From NCBI GenBank assembly GCA_003971905.1, contig RSEE01000015.1:558001-622000 (forward strand): a stretch of 64,000 bases of DNA. The letters are read 5' to 3'. The notes under the pieces were generated by a model that had not been told where the DNA came from, searched no databases, and worked only from the letters and a program-made list of their open reading frames with translations. How positions within the stretch are numbered: position 1 is the first letter of the stretch; the number at the start of each line of letters is the position of its first letter. This document shows, piece after piece, positions 52,774 through 64,000 of the stretch. The position numbers were made by a program, and so were the translations under genes. The stretch comes from Moniliella sp. 'wahieum'. Lineage: Eukaryota.

Positions 52774-55135
52774 ATGCCCGTTGCTGTCGCAGCTGATGGT
52801 GGCAGCAATGCGCCGTCCAACACCCTCCATTCGCCCCCCCCACTGCCCCCCGCCTGGACGCCGCTCGACGTGGGTCCTGCCTTGCGCGCCCCGCTCCTTA
52901 CCCTGAACGCGCCCCTCATTCCCTACGGCGCCGCACACGCGTCCCCGTGCGACGGTCGCATCCTCCTTGTCGCGCAGAACTCCATCCACATCTTCACGCC
53001 TACTGCGCCCTTCCATCCGCTCTTCAACCCGGCCGCTGAGCCTGTCTTCCACACCCAGATCCCACGCGAGGCACCCAACTTGGACGACTGGAAAGACCGG
53101 CCATTTTACTTGGACCGTACGCCCTTCCTCCTTGCCTTTTTTGTCCCCACTGACCGGAATATTGGTGATTGTCAGAGATGCTGGTGCCCAGTCACACCTT
53201 CTGGACCCGGACATGGCGCGACGCTCGCTGGGCCCCCGATTTGACCTACTTGCCCTCCGGTGCGGCCTTGGTTGTGGCCTTGAGCAACGAGTTCGCCCTC
53301 TCTGTCTTTGCGCCCGAGAAAGATGCACAGACATCCGGATGGACGTGCCACCAATTGGTAGAGGTACCCTCGGATGGGGATGAAATTCTGGCCGAACTAG
53401 ACTCGCAAGTGACGTGTTTCGACTGGCTCTCTACCCCCCTCTCTTCTGCCGGCGGTGGGGACAAAAATCTGGATTGGCGTCGACCTCTCTTGACGGGTGC
53501 TCGCTCGGGCCGGATCTCCACCTGGTTGTGGGACTATACGGCAACCAAGCTTGTTCCCCAATCACACCATCGCGTTGCTTTCGAGCCAATTTTGCACATC
53601 GCCGTTCATTCGGCTGGGGGAGAGGTGGCGACGGTGGCCATGTGTACAGAAAACAATCTCCTTCTCTGTCATCTTTCCGTCGATGGCACGCTGTCTCCTA
53701 TCACTACTTTGGCAGTGAGCTGCGTCCTTGCACTTTCGTTTGGTCGAGATGGCACTTTGGCTATCATGTGCACGGGAAAAGTCGGGATCGCTCGCATTGG
53801 ACACGTTCCAGATCATGCGCCGAACGTTAGCGCCTTGGTGTGGCACTGTTGAGCCCGCCGCAACCCTCTGCAACAGAGACGGAAATCGGTGACCAAGCGG
53901 AAGAGGATGCGTTAGTGGCTCAAGTCAAAGCACGGCCCTTGGCACCCTGGTCACCCCCAGCCGTGCTCCAAGCATACCCTGAGGGAGGCTGGTCGCTGGT
54001 TTTGGCCAACGGTGCGGTGTACTTCGTTCCAGTCCTTGAGAAGGCGGCCGGAGAACACGACCTAGCGGCCCAGGGTGTACTAATTGTCGAACCTCGAAGG
54101 GGCAATGCGACCGATCCGCAGCGACTGGCGTTGGCCAAGCTTCAAGATGTTACGGCGTGTCTTCTGGTTCCTTCGACCTCCGCTATGCCCGCTTTGGTGC
54201 CTGGTAATGCCACTCCAAATAGAAAGGCGAACCAATCGGATTTGCTCTCGTTGCCCGATCGGACGACATGATGGCACCAATCCAGTTCCGTGGAATCCAT
54301 GCGCGGGTTCAAGTGGGATTTGCCATTCTTGCCCCTCAACTTGACGAGCAGCAGTTATTGGACCAAGCCATGGCCTGCGTTCACTTCCAGCCCAATTCTG
54401 CGCCCTTTACTTCCTTGACCCACTTGTATACCTCCTTCTTTGTCGATGCATTCACGGTGGCTTCTCCATCTGTCCGTTCTGGAGCTAGCGGGAGGATCCT
54501 CGACAAGCTTTCCTCGGAAAGTGCCGTGAATGTCCATTCGTCCTTGTGGCTTAGCTCCTGGATCAACGTACGATCAACCCCCTCTCCCCCCTTTCTTTAA
54601 TTGCTCATCGTTCATCCTCGCTGACCTATTCTTCCTTCCCCCCCAGGCACGTCAACCTGATCCTCAGCGCGCTCCGGCTACGCTTTACGTTTTGGCTTTC
54701 GCAAGCCAGGTAGCTCGCCGACTTGCGAGTACCCCCGCCCCCGATGCAGGGTTGGCGGAGAAGCTGCGAGTTGCGCAAACCATTGCCACAGGTACCCAAC
54801 CGTCCGAGATGGATGCACCCTCGACACCCTGTCCAGCCTGCGAACATACTGTCCGGTTTGCCCCAGCGACGGTACCATCAGGCACAGGGGACGCGGACGA
54901 TTCCGTCTCGTTGGCGTTGGCAGCGTTGACGATGGGAGTGTGTGAGAAGGGGCACAGGTGGCGCCGATGCAGCGTGACGTTTGAGTTGCTGACGGGGGCG
55001 CATGCCCGGCGGTGTGGGACCTGTCTTGTGCATGCTCGCTTGCCCTTGGAACCCGACATGTCAACGGCCGATACTGAGGCGCTGCGGGCTGCTACAGTCT
55101 GCACGCTATGTGGAGGCATGTGGATGGTGCAGTAA
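52774..55135 (+). CDS. Transcription factor IIIC subunit (delta/90-kDa family) with C-terminal putative zinc finger
   Basis: N-terminal CDGRILLVAQNSIHIFTP and a beta-propeller-like region. C-terminal CPAC...CEKGHRWRRCSVTFELL...RRCGTC...CTLCGG, typical of zf-TFIIIC. Intron at about 54568-54646. Frameshifts present. Confidence 0.75.
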
Positions 55136-55204
55136 GCAGTGACGGAATGATGCAATCGTATAACGATCAAGTGGTGTACCTATAGTGTTTGTCTCCTTCG
55201 CTTT

Positions 55205-57000
55205 TCATGAACGAGAGGAAGGGCCCAGCTCATCGTGTAGAGCTCGTAGCAACTCAGAGGCAGACAACCGTGTGTCAGGATCCACTTCCCTCGGCGGAAC
55301 CGGATCAGAGGCGCTATCTCCGCTTGATGGGGACGGGGGAGGGGCAACCAGGAGGGAAGCAGCCCGACGGGCGGCACGGAACCTGCATTGGGACTGCACA
55401 GGATCCGTCTGGGCCGTCGCTTTTCCCAGAGCATAGAGCAAACAAGCTTCGGCCAGTTTGCACTCATCCTGTACTTGAAGGGTACGTGCCGAAGAAGAAT
55501 GAATTACTTCAACCGTCTTGGCTTGCCCTCCAGCGACAATCGGCGGATTGTCCCCGTCGACTGGTGTGGAGGGGAAGCCAGCAAGAGCCTGGGTCGTTCG
55601 AATCAAACGCAATCCTTGGGTTGCCGCATCAATCCCTTGCGAAGCCGCATGGCGCAGTTGTTCCTGAGCCACCTGGTCTTCCTCCGACGCTTCGTCCTGG
55701 CCTGGTCGAACGGGCAGGGCAGCAGCCTCGGTCAAAGCCGAGGCCAAATTGAAGAAGAGGATACCGGCGTGACACCGCTCGGCCACAGTCAGACCATTCT
55801 CAGGTCTCCGCGAACTTGACAAGGCTGGCATGAAAAGCGACAAGGCATGGTGGTACAAAGGCACAGCTTTGACTGGTTTCCTCCTTGCCAGATAATACCC
55901 ACCCAGCGCCTCAAGCGACGCGCCCAAGTCGGTGGTGGACACCCAGTCGGGCAGCTCGAGGTCGTCCAAGGGCGACGCAGCCTCCGGGAGTCCACTGGAC
56001 TCCTGCGCTCCGTGAGAGACTTGGCCCTGGGCCCGCGCGGCACGCACCTCGGGCGGAAGGACGAGACGGAGCATTTCCTCAATGCTGAACGCATAATACG
56101 TTTCTGCCACAGCATCGAGCTGACGAGGCGGTGCTTGGCCCTCTTTCGAAGCGACGAGGGCAATCTGGCCCGATGAGGCTAAATCGCCCAGCTTTTGTGC
56201 CATGACCACGCGGCGCATCCGATCCTTGCCCTCGAGAACTGGCCCATCGGGACGTGTCTCATCGTCATTGTGGATGCGATCGGCCTGTCAAAGGCCTGGG
56301 AGTACACTTGAAACGCATCACCAATTCTGCCCATTGCTTCCAAGTTGGCAGCACGTGCAATAGCGATCCCGGTCAGCTTGTGCAGTAGGTCACTCGTATC
56401 ATCTGCTAAGCGATGTTTGCCAGACGTGATTTGCGAAGCGGCCAGAGCGGCGACTTGGGCCTGCGCATAATATTCGTCGGCAGCCTCACGATCACCCGAC
56501 GCTCCGCACGCAGAGCAGCACGCAGAGGCACGCGCACCGTCTGCGGCCAGCATGAAAAGAATAGGCGGTAGAAGTCCACCAGACCAAAGTACTGCAGGAG
56601 CGAGGGGACAGCAATGATACTGAACAGCGTCAACAGGAAAGAACGAGTTAGCGTGCCAGGTGCATCAGGGCAAGAAGCACACGCACATGCTGATGGCCGC
56701 CAGACGACGAGCGAGAAGTTTGAGTCGAGCCAGGTTTTCTTCCCGTTGCTCTTGATCGGGATTGGTCCGGGGCCTAGTCTCTTCGGAAGGGCGCTGTGCC
56801 TCCTCTGCCCTGGCATCGGTCCCGGGCGCAGGGCGTGACGCGGACAAGCGCAGGGACGGGGTTGTGGCCAGCGTGCGTGCAGAGAGACGATGGGCACAAC
56901 CGGTGCGCGTATAGCCGCCAGACAATACGAATCCCATATGAACGGAGGGCCGTGCAGGGCGCATCGCCATACTCAATGCCCGCGACACCGACATGGCCAT
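55205..57000 (-). CDS. Mitochondrial TPR-like inner-membrane protein, Mgr3-like
   Basis: R/S/A-rich presequence and one TM segment across a GTGCGT...CTAAC...CAG intron. Then WPQTVRVPLRAAL, KLTGIAIARAANLE, AQKLGDLA and LPDWVSTTDLGASLEALGGYY...AVPLYHHAL helical repeats. Family assignment is from memory. Confidence 0.62.
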
Positions 57001-57132
57001 GGACGAAATGATTACCGGTAGGTGGCAAGAGTCGAGGTTCTTCGCTCAAACGTCGTCATAGGAGGGCATTCGTTTCCGCTTTCAATATGACCGAAGTCCT
57101 CACGGTTGCACTAGCGATGTGCTTCGTCAGCT

Positions 57133-57217
57133 TCTCCGATAGTTTAGTGGCTATGACACGTCCCTGTCATTACTTGGGCGTTCGGACGAGACCCGGGTTC
57201 GATTCCCGGTCGGAGAG
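57133..57217 (+). tRNA. tRNA-Asp(GTC) with 13-nt intron (57170-57182)
   Basis: Acceptor stem TCTCCGA/TCGGAGA with discriminator G. Anticodon stem CGTCC/GGACG, loop CT-GTC-A^C. T-arm CCGGG-TTCGATT-CCCGG. T7 terminator follows. Confidence 0.95.
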
Positions 57218-57831
57218 TTTTTTTGAAACAAACCGCATGTGATAACGGCAAAGTGGTTTTCCGTTCCACAGAGAATAGCGAGAAGAGGGGCATCGCTATG
57301 CCATCCCATTAATGAGAAGCACCTCACATATAGGTGGAATGAAACCCACTTCACCAGGTGTGGAAACGGTTCATTTTGCTCAAGTCCAGACTATATCCCC
57401 CATCTCTACATGTCCGCCCGCACGCACTACGCTGTGTCCATCACGGATTGAAAATGTGCGTCCCACGGGGGGTGCAACACAATTTACCACACACAGTTAA
57501 GGGTTACCGGTTACCAGCACAAGATGCAGAAGATCCCCACTTATGGGAGCTAGGCATAACTATAACTAAATTGGATTGAGAAAACTCCCTATTACATGAT
57601 TGAATGCTATGAGTAAACGGGAAATGTCATAAGGGATAGGCCAAGAACATAGTCATGTCCGTTGTTGTTGTGATGCCTTAGGGAAACGATACATGAGACT
57701 ACGACCTCACCGATCGAAGCCAGGTTAAAGAGAATAAGAGAGAGTCATCGTAAAAAGAAGGGAAAACGTCGTCATAATAGTGGCTCGTCGGTTGTGGTGT
57801 GAGAGGCACTACTATATAGTTAGAAGTAGTA

Positions 57832-58926
57832 TTATGCGAGGCTGCACCAAGGTTTGTTTCCATCAGTAATCACCGTGTTCTCGGCCATGCTAGTATCAGG
57901 TACCATCATGTAATCCTCTTCATAACTTCCCTGCTCTTGGTCAGAAGAAATGCAGTTGTCCGCAAGTGATGTCTGCGACATGTGTATAGAGGGGGGGGTA
58001 GGAGAATGCCAGCGAAGAAAATGAGAGACAGAAGCGTTATTTGGAACAGCACTTACGCTTTCGAGAATAGAAAAAGACTCCGTGCTTCTCTGTTCCTCCT
58101 GACGTAGCTGACTCACAGCACGACGCATCTCTTCGTAGGACATGTTAACCACACGGAAGCCTCCTTGTCGTTCGGGCCGAGAAACGGGATCACGTTCGGC
58201 AACAGTTGTGCCACCGGTTTCTTCGTGGACGTGCCCGTGAGGACGGTTGTGTTTGGATCTCTGACAGGACAGGATGTTTCGGGGGAAAAGTGGAGGGCAA
58301 AACCATCATCGGTGAACATGTAGGCGTCGCTGTACCTGGTAGTAACGCACCCCCCTTTCAATTTTTGAGAGCAGCTTCGAGCTTCTTGTCGCTCATGCTG
58401 GGCCATGTAGAAGCCTGTGCATTGGTGGCACCGGAATCGACAGTAGGGGGTTTCCTGGCTTCTTGCGGCGAGGTGTCCCTTTGGCGCCTGTCCGCGTCGC
58501 TGCAGCTGCAATCTTTGACAGCTTTTCATCCTTATGTCGACAGGCATTTTGCTGTTGATGGTAGGAGAGCGTCGAGACGAGAAGGAGAGGGAAAATGGTG
58601 GTGGCGAGGTCGCGTACTTATTAAAGTGCACATCAGATTGAAGAGCCAATATGTTGGGATCAAGAAGCGAGCGGATGTGCTTAGTTCTCGCTTATGGTTA
58701 CAAAAACAAGAAGTGCACATAGCCTCAATGTTAGTGCTTGACCAACGGCAGGCCCTGGGACACCATAGTCGACGGACAAGTGTGGAGCTGCTGGTCGGCT
58801 AGGGTATTGCAGGCTATGTATATAGTGCAGAGGGTGGTCCGTGCAAGCGCCACTTGGCGTGTTGTTATTACTCGTGCGTAAGACTGTAGTGGTTATGGCG
58901 GGCGCAGTTTTCTTCAACGTTTCCAC
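57832..58926 (-). CDS. Possible hypothetical gene (fragmented, Cys-containing)
   Basis: Four overlapping minus-strand ORF pieces divergent from the Pex26-like gene. No family recognised. Confidence 0.3.
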
Positions 58927-59297
58927 TTGCTCTCGCTTATACTATTCTCTTCTCTCTTACGCTACCTCCTATAGTCCTGCGCAGCGCGGCAATCCAAAAG
59001 CAATTATAAAAGGCGCGTCTTCTCTCTATTACGTTGTGTGGCGCTCCTATTTATAGTACTCTCCACCGGTTCTCTTTTTCCGAGGCGACAACAGGAGAGC
59101 ACACAAGAAGCTTCAAAGTGAATCTTATATACTACTACGTACAGTGTGTGGTCCGAACAGTACATGATGCTTTTCATGCCCTCTTACATTTCTCATCGTC
59201 CCCCTTCTCTGCGCGCTTTCGTCACTTCTCTTTTTCTCTTCCCACAGCTGCCGACCTCTTGCCTCGACCAACAGCTATTGCCTCAGCTGCTTTCAGA

Positions 59298-60488
59298 ATG
59301 CGCTTTCCGCTAGACACCCATCCAGCGCCGACTACTGTTCGCCGCCTCCTCTCCCGTGCCTCCCGCGCCTACATTGTCACCAACCAACCTGCTGAAGCAT
59401 TGGTCATTTCCGAGCTTGTCTTTCGCCTCGCTATGAATGGCAATAGCACTCCTCTTGACCCAATCCTTGCTGAGCGTCTCGCATTTCTCCGCCTCACTTG
59501 TTACGCCACTTTCCGAACACGCGTTGCTGCCACACCTTCCACTTCCTGTCGCCCTCGAAGGGGAGATGGTGGAGGTGGCTCATGCTGCTGCTGTGCAGCT
59601 GCTCCAGCAGCATGAGTATACCCTTCTCACGACCCTATGGCACGACACCCTTCTCCTGTTCCTTCCCCATCATCGTCGTGCCAACAGCATCGTCCCTACC
59701 CCTGCAACACGATCCGATCTGGCCCACGTGCCCGTTCAGGTAGTACGTGGCTGTGTCTTGGCTGCCTCAACTTGGGTGACGGCGCCTCTGCCCCCGACCT
59801 CCGAGACAGGCGAGGCTGCATGCTACCGTGCAGCACAACATATGTGCGAAGCGTACCTCTCAAGCGGTACCACTGGACCTGGCACGACCAGCTGGTGGAG
59901 CTCTATGTGGTGGAATTGTTGGGCCGGCGAATGGGGCGGTGGGACTATGCGCGAGAGGTGGTGGGCTATTCGCGTCTCCGTCCCACTTTAGCTCTTCAGC
60001 CTGAACAAGATACGGTTGTGAGCAAGGTGAGTGTGCTGCAGGCTCTTGCAGCTGCCGAGGCACGTGGAATGGCGCGAGAGGAACGGGAACGGACGTATGG
60101 CACTACCGCGCACCAACTGCAAATTGCCATCATGCAAGAACGGAAGCGGAGAGAATCCCTTTCCCCATCTCCTGCCTCACGCCGGTCCACAAGCTCTCTC
60201 CCGCCCGTCTCACCAGAAGCGCTGCGCTCCCGGACCGCCAGTAGCAGCAGTCGCGCTCGGTCCATCTCTCCTACCACCTTGACCGTCCTCCGTCCAGGGC
60301 GGCGGTATCGGACCATATCTTCTTCATCGGAGCTGGACCCTCCTCCCCCTCCTTCCAACGGCAATACCAGCAGGAAGTGGCTACGTGCCCTAAGACCCAC
60401 TGTTCTTGTCATCTGTCTGCTGTCGTTTTGGTACCTGCGTCGCAAGAAAAAGAGCTCACGCAAGAGAGAAGATCTTGCCCTATTGTAG
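59298..60488 (+). CDS. PEX26: Peroxin Pex26-like tail-anchored protein
   Basis: Helical N-terminal region, MCEAYLSS, LVELYVVELLGRRMGRWDYAREVVGYS (resembles the fungal Pex26 pattern ELY-x-LH-x-L...W-x-YAREF), an S/R-rich linker, TM TVLVICLLSFWYL and a basic tail. Two frameshifts. Confidence 0.62.
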
Positions 60489-61103
60489 AGGCCTCTGCCA
60501 AGTCCTAGATGACCTTATAAGTCCGAATCCCATCATCGCCAATTATGATGAAGGATACAAAGAAGGCTCCTTGTAGGATCGGGGACATGGAAGTCAGGGA
60601 TGGACGATGAGCAACAGACACGTTTTGTCAAGTGCCCCAAGAAGAACGCTGCTGAACGTCCCTTCCTCAACTCCTGGTAATAGAGACTATACTAAATGAT
60701 GTCACCCCGCCCTCCAGTAGGCTTCTGCTTGCTTTGGTGTATCAAGGATTGTGGCCATCGTACCACACTCTGCTCCTATTACTTCTCGTCTCGGTGGTCT
60801 AACATCTATCCATACACCGTGGCAAGTGTACCACAGGTCGCACTTGGAACTTGGGTTGCGAATGTAGCAGGTATCCGATGTGTATGTCAACTGAGTATAC
60901 TTGCACAGTATATGGCGCGAGCAACGTTAACAGACGCCTTCACTTGAGCGTTGCAGCCCGTCTCGGCGTTGATCGTACCCCACTTCACTCTCAGCTTCAA
61001 TACGCTTGTTGGGAAGCACACGAGGAACGCAGCGCGGTGCAAACGCGATAGTATCGGGCCCCCGATGCGCTCGGGTCTGCTCATTAGAATCCCCCAATTC
61101 GGT

Positions 61104-61601
61104 TTACCGACCTCCGTGGGTAGCGCCCTTGGATACACTGTTACCCGCGAGCTTGCTGTCGTTCGTAGTGGAGTACCCATCTTTGGCGCCTGTTGGGTGC
61201 AAGAAGTCAGGTCAGTTTCTCGGCGATGATCCGACACAAAAGGACAGGTTGCGCCTGATGCGGATAGACGTGGGGGGAAAGGGGGGAGCAGAAAGCCCAA
61301 AGAGGCAGAGGGGGACATACTAGCAGAGAGAAAGACCCTTTCTCCAGGATCTCAGCAACCACCACATCGTCCTTGTGGGAGCCAAAGGCATTGTCGAGCT
61401 GCTGCTTGCTGGCGCGGCCCATGATACCTTGGCTGCCCTGGGGGGTAACAAAATGTCAAACGAGTCGACAACGTCGGTTAGGGGGATGGTCTTGTCCCCC
61501 TTCTTCCATGCCTCGTACTCGGGGCCATTGACCACCACATTGAACTCCTCTTGCGCGTCGTGTTCGGCCTTGTAGACCACCTTGAGGAACTGACGTGGCA
61601 T
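61104..61601 (-). CDS. RTC3: Rtc3/SBDS N-terminal-domain protein
   Basis: KVVYK...EEFNVVVNGPEYEAWKKGDKTIPLTDVVDSFDIFVTPQGSQGIMGRASKQQLDNAFGSHKDDVVVAEILEKG (one T restored at about 61452). Intron at about 61320-61190. Last exon AKDGYSTTNDSKLAG...GGR*. Confidence 0.88.
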
Positions 61602-62262
61602 GGTGAGACTGGCAAGAGAGAGTGGGAAAAAAGGTAGAGGGGAGAAGCTGAGCGAGAAGCAACGAGGGGCAGACAGCCAGAAGGTCAGAGGTATATATAC
61701 GCCCTGCCTCGCCCAGGCAGGTCTTGCGCGGGTTACGCAGCATCCCTCAGCGTTCAGACGTTCCGGTGCGCTTGGGGCTCATGCCGGGCATCTCGTGGGC
61801 CATCGCGCGTAGCCCCCTCCGATCGTGGCGCTCTATCGACACACCCAGCCGATCGATCACCATTGACATCATCCTGTCCTCTCCGCAGTGGCCGCCACAG
61901 CCAGGCACGCTGACGTCACCGGCGAGATGGGGTGCGCTCCGTTCCGCGTGACCATGTCTGCGCACGGACCTGTTGGACGTGGCGGTCTTAGCTAACAGAC
62001 ACCCTCTCTTGTCTCGTGCTTGGTGGCTCCACCACCGAACATCGGCCATCGGTAGCCGGTCGGCAGTACCTCGTAACGCGTAACGCGAGCAACGGCGGCA
62101 CCCAGAGGGCAACTTATTGTGCCATCGACCATCCGCACCTCCACAGCCGCCCAGCCACAAAAGCTGAGCGTCTCAGAATCCAAAATCTCGTGACCGAACT
62201 TTTCTGGTCCTGAGGGTTAGCAGGATCCAGACAGCATTCGTACATTCTTGGTGCCCTCAGTA

Positions 62263-62285
62263 TACTCAGTACCCGGTACTGAGTA
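62263..62285. repeat. Inverted repeat TACTCAGTACC-C-GGTACTGAGTA
   Basis: 11-bp perfect arms with a 1-nt spacer. Extra CTCAGTA copies at 62256 and 62304. Confidence 0.8.
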
Positions 62286-62664
62286 CCGTCATTGCGTTAG
62301 CGCCTCAGTATCCTCAGGCTCTAATAATCCAGTCGCTAGTCTCGGGGCGGCGCCTTCTCGGGCCAACCACTGGTGCCGATCGACATTACCATCAGAATAT
62401 CGAATCCGATCACCCATTATCGATCAACTGTTCATCGATCATGCACCACATCAGATCGCACCCTGTCCTGCATTGCGAAGTGCAATGCTTCAACTAGCTT
62501 GGGCCGATTTACTCCACTTGTGCTTCTCATCAAGTCCACTTGCGCCTTGATCGATGATCTTTGGTGGCCATCCCGCATGCTCACTACGACCAAGCCCTGG
62601 CCTCTCGCACCAATGCTCAAACATCCTCTATGTGCATGTCCGGTAACAAGAAATATATCATCGT

Positions 62665-63989
62665 TTAGGACGAACGCGGGGGCGACGCTGGTTGCGGTGG
62701 GACAGGTTCATCACGCTCATCCCTTGCGGGATGGAGGGAGGGAGCGACCGGGACGGGCGCCACGGCGGTACCTGTGGCCGAGGGAGCTGGGGAATCGAAC
62801 CCATTAGATTCGGGATTTGGCTTGCTGTCGTTCGGAGGTGGCGAGATCTCGGGGCGAGCAGGGGCGGGGCCAACGCCAGGTTCAAGAACCAAGGGGGGCG
62901 TGGCTGAGGGAGCGTCGTGGGGGGTTTGGGGCGTGGCGCCCTGCACCGGCTGCACCTGCGTATCCGTCTGGTGCAGCGCGGCAGGCGCCTCCGCCGCCCG
63001 AGTAGCCGTAAGGCCTGCAATCGCGGTTTGCAGGTGCCCCAACACGTACTGATGCTGGGGTGAACACGTTCCTTCGGGTTGTTCCCGTACAAACCGGAGC
63101 AGCGTGCACACGGCCAAGTCGGCATCATGCAGCGAGATGGGCCCCTGGGGAGGCGGAGTGGAACGCCAGGGTGGTACGTTAGCCCCGGGTGACATGTTGG
63201 GTCCTTGCCACAGGGGACTCGGGTCGTTCCAGGTAGGCGACTGGTGCTTGGCACCAGGCAGGAGCGGATGCGAGCCCGTTGGGCGCATGCTGCTCCAGGT
63301 TGCGTTCCGGTCTGCCTGCGACACACACCAGAGAAGGGTCCATGAGGCGGTTCCGTGCCCGAAAGTCGGAAAGCCACGCATCGGATGGTTCGAAAGGGAG
63401 GCCGGGGGAGCCACTGAGCACATGACTGCCTGACGCACTTGCCTCCCGTTCTGGTGGCTGGCTTGCCCGCAGGCTCATGTCAATCTCAGCGGCCTTGGCG
63501 CGGAGCATGTGGTTGTCCGGGAGCGGCGCTCCTTCCGATGCCAGCCGATGCACGTATGCCAGCAACTTGCTCTCCAGCTCGGGGCGGCGGATGGCGATCT
63601 TGAGCAAGGAAGGGCTCGTCGACCTTCATGGCCAAGTACCGGTCCTTGTGCTTCAGAATTTTGCTCACTGTACTCCGCTCCAACCGAAAGAGCGCAGCAA
63701 TGTCACCCTGTTTCATTCCCGGATTAGCCACCGCGTGCTGACAGATCCGTTGTCGATCCGTATCGTCGATCCAAGTCTTGGCGCGCTTTTTGCCCCGAGG
63801 CTTGTCAGTCTTGGACACTTGGCTCACGTCGGGACTCGATACGACCAGTTTGCTCATCGTCTCATCATACCCGTGCGGAGGGGTGGAAACGTTCGGGGGA
63901 GACTGGACATGGGCTGTGAGGTGCGGCGCACTCAAATCTAGGCCATAACCTGGGAGGGGCGCGTAGCTCGGCTGCGACGCGATTAGCAT
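62665..63989 (-). CDS. CENP-B/Tc5-type double-HTH DNA-binding protein lacking a DDE domain (5' end may lie beyond the window)
   Basis: HTH1 KTWIDDTDRQRICQHAVANPGMKQGDIAALFRLERSTVSKILKHKDRYL. HTH2 PELESKLLAYVHRL...NHMLRAKAAEI...FEPSDAWLSDFRARNRL. C-terminal ISLHDADLAVCTLLRFV. No DDE core before the stop. Confidence 0.85.
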
Positions 63990-64000
63990 GGGGACACAGC

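Noticed and set aside
56620..56690. GC-AG intron (GCATGT donor) in the Mgr3-like gene
   Set aside because: The GTGCGT donor 4 nt downstream keeps the frame (AAISIIIAVP), whereas the GC donor does not.
52774..57217. TFIIIC subunit gene near a tRNA gene as a functional linkage
   Set aside because: tRNA genes are dispersed and another gene intervenes, so proximity is probably chance.

Overview
Eukaryotic, GC-rich, intron-poor fungal DNA, most likely a basidiomycete of the smut lineage (Ustilaginomycotina). This is inferred from short GT(A/G)(C/T)GT...CTRAC...YAG introns and from gene content. The window holds about 25 protein genes, mostly housekeeping: QCR8 (5' part), a xylitol/sorbitol dehydrogenase, a 4CL-like acyl-CoA ligase, a Yox1-like homeodomain factor, SLM1, ATP2, MIC26, a cytochrome b5-fused sphingolipid desaturase, a large Zn2Cys6 factor, an atypical Rab2-like GTPase, an M20 carboxypeptidase, a cytochrome b5/acyl-CoA dehydrogenase fusion, a TFIIIC subunit, Mgr3-like, Pex26-like, RTC3 and a DDE-less CENP-B-like protein. 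There are also several orphans and two intron-containing tRNA genes (Ala-CGC, Asp-GTC). Nearly all genes except ATP2 carry apparent 1-nt frameshifts, mostly in homopolymers, so this looks like unpolished long-read consensus. Gene ends are hand-reconstructed and approximate. I found no clear biosynthetic cluster, mating-type locus, CRISPR array or intact transposon. Best leads: (i) recurrent 7-bp-period TTG-anchored micro-arrays, plus a second CTGAG palindrome family, lying mainly 5' of genes; (ii) a hidden protein with a coiled coil and a split alpha-crystallin-like domain; (iii) a Rab2-like GTPase with WDTAGSE/NRTD and an insertion of about 95 aa; (iv) unusual repeat modules and an in-frame intron in the Zn2Cys6 factor; (v) an orphan leucine zipper built from 21-bp repeats; (vi) a decayed tRNA-like element with an intact B-box.
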